NCBI GenBank assembly: GCA_943704425.1
Contig: CALSCP010001883.1
Coordinates: 1 to 52,557, forward strand
Direction: 5' to 3'
DNA length: 52,557 bases
From: Ministeria vibrans ATCC 50519
Lineage: Eukaryota; Protista; Filasterea
The stretch's first letter is position 1. Each line of letters starts with the position of its first letter. Below, piece after piece: positions 49,236 through 52,557 of the stretch. Made by a program: the position numbers and the translations under genes. The notes beneath the pieces are model-generated. The model made no database searches. It was not told where the DNA came from and saw only the letters and a program-made list of their open reading frames with translations.

Positions 49236-49974
49236 CTAGACCTTCTTCTGAACTGTCTGGGGCACGCGCCCGTCAAACTGCTCGATGCGGCTGAGAAAAG
49301 GCCCCGCACCCACCTGCTCAATGTCCACCATGAAATCCTTGCCGTTGGCCGAAAAGATCGAAAAGGGGCGGTAGGGGTTGCCCGGCTGGACGTCGCTCAG
49401 GTCGAAATGGTGCGGGGTGAGATGGCCACGAAGGGTGAGCGTTTCGGCACGAAGCGACTGTGTTGCAGGAAGGTAGACGAGGTTGCACACGAAAGGTTTG
49501 GTGATCCAATGCAGCAGAGCGGTGGTACCAACGCCCACAAGGCTCATCGACGCGATAATGACCGACTGGATGAGCAATGGCATTTCGTAGACGGACGTGA
49601 CTACAGGTGCGCCAAGAACGGTGGCAGCGCAAGACGCGATAGAAAGAAGCTAGCAGTTGGGTGAAAGGGAGATGTGAGTGGGTATGGAGCGTGTGGGGTG
49701 TGTGGGTATGCGTAAGACGTACTTTGAGCTTGCGCAGAGCCGGTGCGAGATGCGAATTGTATATCTCAATCTCGTGCATCGATGAAGTTGACGTTTTTGC
49801 GACATCTTGAGGCTTCAATGGCGGCGGACTACTCAACGGAGCAGCATCGACCGTGGAGGTGCTCTCAACGGGCGCGCGTTTGGTCGCGGAGCGTACCACT
49901 TTGGAGCTCATAGGACGCAAAGCCGAACACTGTCGCATTGCAACTGAACCTCGCGCAATGACCAAACGAAGCAT
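49236..49974 (-). CDS. TMEM70: TMEM70-family mitochondrial inner-membrane protein (2 exons)
   Basis: Arg/Ser-rich presequence; IYNSHLAPALRKLK|LLSIAS..., two TM helices, TTALLHWITKPFV, AETLTL, PFSIF. Confidence 0.78.
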
Positions 49975-50252
49975 GGTATCAAGTTTAAAAACTCAAGCAA
50001 GCACGCAAACAAGACAATCGAATTGATAAATTTAATCAGAACTGATATTAATTTTTTAATCTATCATTTTTGTATGACTGGTGCTGGGCGTAGCCCAGCT
50101 TGTGACCTCCTTGGAGTGCCAGCCGTTGATCGTCACCACTTTTTTTTGGTTGATAGTGTTGACACTTCACACATCTTGACAGAGCAGTCCTCCCACCCCC
50201 TCTGAACACTGGGATCTCTACCGATATTCTATCGATTCCTTGGTCCTTTCAG

Positions 50253-51853
50253 ATGAAGCTCGCTCTGTTCTCCTGCCTGGCTACTCTTGCGGTTGCCGCT
50301 ACAAACGACCGCCAGAACTTCATTTTCGTCCTTATGGACGACTGGGGCATCGGAGATGTGAATGCGTATGGCGGTGGGAAGGCTCCCGGAGTGACGACGA
50401 GAGGTATGCGTCATTTGTGGTTTCGTAAAAGTCAACAATGCTTTTCCGTGCGTCCCATTTGTACACACCCAGAGTGCCTATTTTGACCCTTGACCCTTGA
50501 ATTGCAGTGCAAACGCCAAACATCGATGCTCTCGCCAGTGCGGGCACCTTGTTCACTGACTTCCACGGCAGCAATCCGGTGTGCAGTCCGTCCCGTGCCT
50601 CCTTCATGACGTCGCGCTACCCATCTGAGCTCAAGATTCACACGGCGCTCAGCACAAACCCAAAGAACAACGAGAAGGTCGGCTGCACCAACTTCTTGCC
50701 GCCCAGCACGCCCACTGTGACACAGTTTATGCAATCGAATGGCTACTTCGTGGGCCACTACGGCAAGTGGCATCTTGGGGGCACGCCCGACGCACCACCA
50801 CCGCGCGCCTACGGCATTAACGACAGCGCTACGTTCAACAGTCACGGTGACACACCACTTGGCAATACGTCGGAGGCGTACTGGGCAGGCAAGTCATCGA
50901 CAATCATCATTGACCATGCGATTGACGCAATGCGAAATGCCTCTGCTCTCGGCGTGCCCTTCTACCTCAACCTCTGGTTCCACATCTCGCACGCTCAACT
51001 TGATCCTACACCCGAACAACTCGCCGTGTACAAATCTGTCTGTCGGAAGATGTCATCTCTGCAGCCCATCTGTAATCAACAAATCTTCTGGGCGTCTCAG
51101 ACGGATGCAGACACACAAGTCGGGCGTCTTATGGCTGCACTGCACGAACTCAATCTGGCCAAGTCGACCCTTGTCGCTCTCAGTGCCGACAACGGACCCG
51201 AAGAGCCCATGGTGTTTTCTAATGCGATGGGCTCGACGGGCCCGTTCCGCGGACGCAAGCGCAGTTTGTACGAAGGGGGAACGCGTCTCCCTTTCATTGT
51301 GTCGCAGCCAGGCACTGTTCCCGAGGGGCGGGTGGACCGTGATTCACTCTTGGGTGCCGTCGATTGGTTTCCGACTGTGGCCGCCATGGCTAATCTCACG
51401 CTGCCCTCGTCTGTCACTGAGACACTCGATGGAGTGGACATGAGTGCTGCGTTGCGCGGGGAAGGGTTTACCCGCACTCAGCCACTGCTGAGCGAGTGGC
51501 GTTTTGGCGTTGCAGGACCATGTTGGAATGCGGCACCGCAGCTGTCCGCTCGCTTGGGTGACTACAAACTGCTTATGAATGTTGATGAGTCGCGTGTTGA
51601 GCTGTACAACATGAGCCGTGTCTATGCGGGTTGGTCGGGATTCCTTTTGGAGACTCGCGACATTGCTTCTGCCAATCCTGAGATTGTTGCCTCGCTGCGC
51701 ACTCCCTTGCTTGCTTGGCAGAAGACACTGCCCTCGGGCCACTATGCCGGCGTCGAGGCGTGCGACGCAAGCTTCTTCAACCCGGCCCATGCCAGTCTGG
51801 CGATGGGGGTTGCTTTGAACGATGACATAGAAGACGCCGAGCTTGTGTTTTGA
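50253..51853 (+). CDS. Secreted formylglycine-dependent (S1) sulfatase; intron about 50404-50507
   Basis: Signal peptide, NFIFVLMDDWGIGD, TPNIDALA, CSPSRASFMTSRYP, GKWHLG, ADNG, GRKRSLYEGGTRLP. Confidence 0.93.
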
Positions 51854-51972
51854 TCAGTTCAACAATGAAAATGTTTATTTACTTTGGCGATGGGGGTTGC
51901 TTTTAACGATGACATTGAAGACGCCGAGCTTATGTTTTGATCAGTTCAACAATGAAAATGTTTATTTACTTT
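51799..51972 (+). repeat. 87-bp tandem duplication of the sulfatase 3' end
   Basis: GGCGATGGGGGTTGCTTT...GTTTATTTACTTT at 51799-51885 and 51886-51972, with 3 substitutions. Confidence 0.9.
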
Positions 51973-52519
51973 GATCACAAAGGGAAAGCAAGGTCGAGCA
52001 ATCGACGGCGCCTGCGCCATATAGCTCGAGAAATGATCGGTCAGCTTGCTGTTTACAGCAGTCCTATTATCATTCTTGGAATCCATGTAGTCGTTGAACT
52101 GATTGAACTTCGATTGAACTCAGTTTTCACTCAGTTGTGTAGAAGCCGCTCAAGGTCTCAACCAAAACAATGTCGAAGACACCGTCTACTGAGATGACCA
52201 CTTTACCGAATCACCAAATCACAAATTGAGAACGCCATGTTTGCACTCTGCAAGATTGTATATGTGTGAAGAACGGTACGGAGAAGTGAGTTCCTGGTAA
52301 TTTTTTTTCTTTTTCTTTGTGGCGCGCGTAAAGTTCGGCTTCCACCGTTCTCGGCGACCGGCGGCCGAACATATCACATGGCCCACCCGTATGTCACAAC
52401 ATGGGACTGGGGTCCAGACAGACACCGGGTCCTCGAGTGAGTCGAGTGCTCCAGTCTCCATGAGAGTTATTGAAATTTGGAGTGGGTAATTGTCGTCATA
52501 GTCACGAAATCATCACATT

Positions 52520-52552
52520 CACATCGTCACATCGTCACATCGTCACATCGTC
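52520..52552. repeat. (CACATCGT)n 8-bp tandem repeat, about 4 units
   Basis: Read directly at the end of the window. Confidence 0.8.
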
Positions 52553-52557
52553 AAAGT

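Noticed and set aside
51973-52500. Short ORFs at the end of the window
   Set aside because: No recognisable domain and inconsistent frames.

Overview
Gene-dense window from an intron-containing unicellular eukaryote (short GT-AG introns, often microsatellite-filled; gene content suggests a protist such as a unicellular holozoan or amoeboid, but the lineage cannot be fixed from sequence alone). Splicing the exons by hand gives about 23 protein genes, several invisible in the ORF track: NPC1/Patched-like (3' end), FPGT, a PHB-depolymerase-like esterase, a small secreted protein, PAN-containing GH31, an Ariadne-like RBR ligase, DDRGK1, LIN37, a JADE/BRPF-like PZP protein, a 9-aa-repeat hydrophobic protein, COX23/CHCHD7, a DFR/CCR-like reductase, MDM10, GOLGA7/ERF4, WAVE/SCAR, a membrane-anchored S53 peptidase with PSI-like modules, an ERICH3-motif/ankyrin protein, a ~1113-aa nucleotidyltransferase-like/SDR fusion, a SABATH methyltransferase, a protein kinase, TMEM70 and a sulfatase. 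Mobile DNA: a complete foldback-type Mutator element with a perfect 9-bp TSD, and three poly(A)-tailed retroposed 3' fragments of one element (two with TSDs) within 1.4 kb. The best novelty candidates are the NTase-Zn-SDR fusion (head-to-head with a SABATH methyltransferase), the retroposition cluster and the 9-aa Asn-ladder protein. All family calls come from motif recognition, not database searches.
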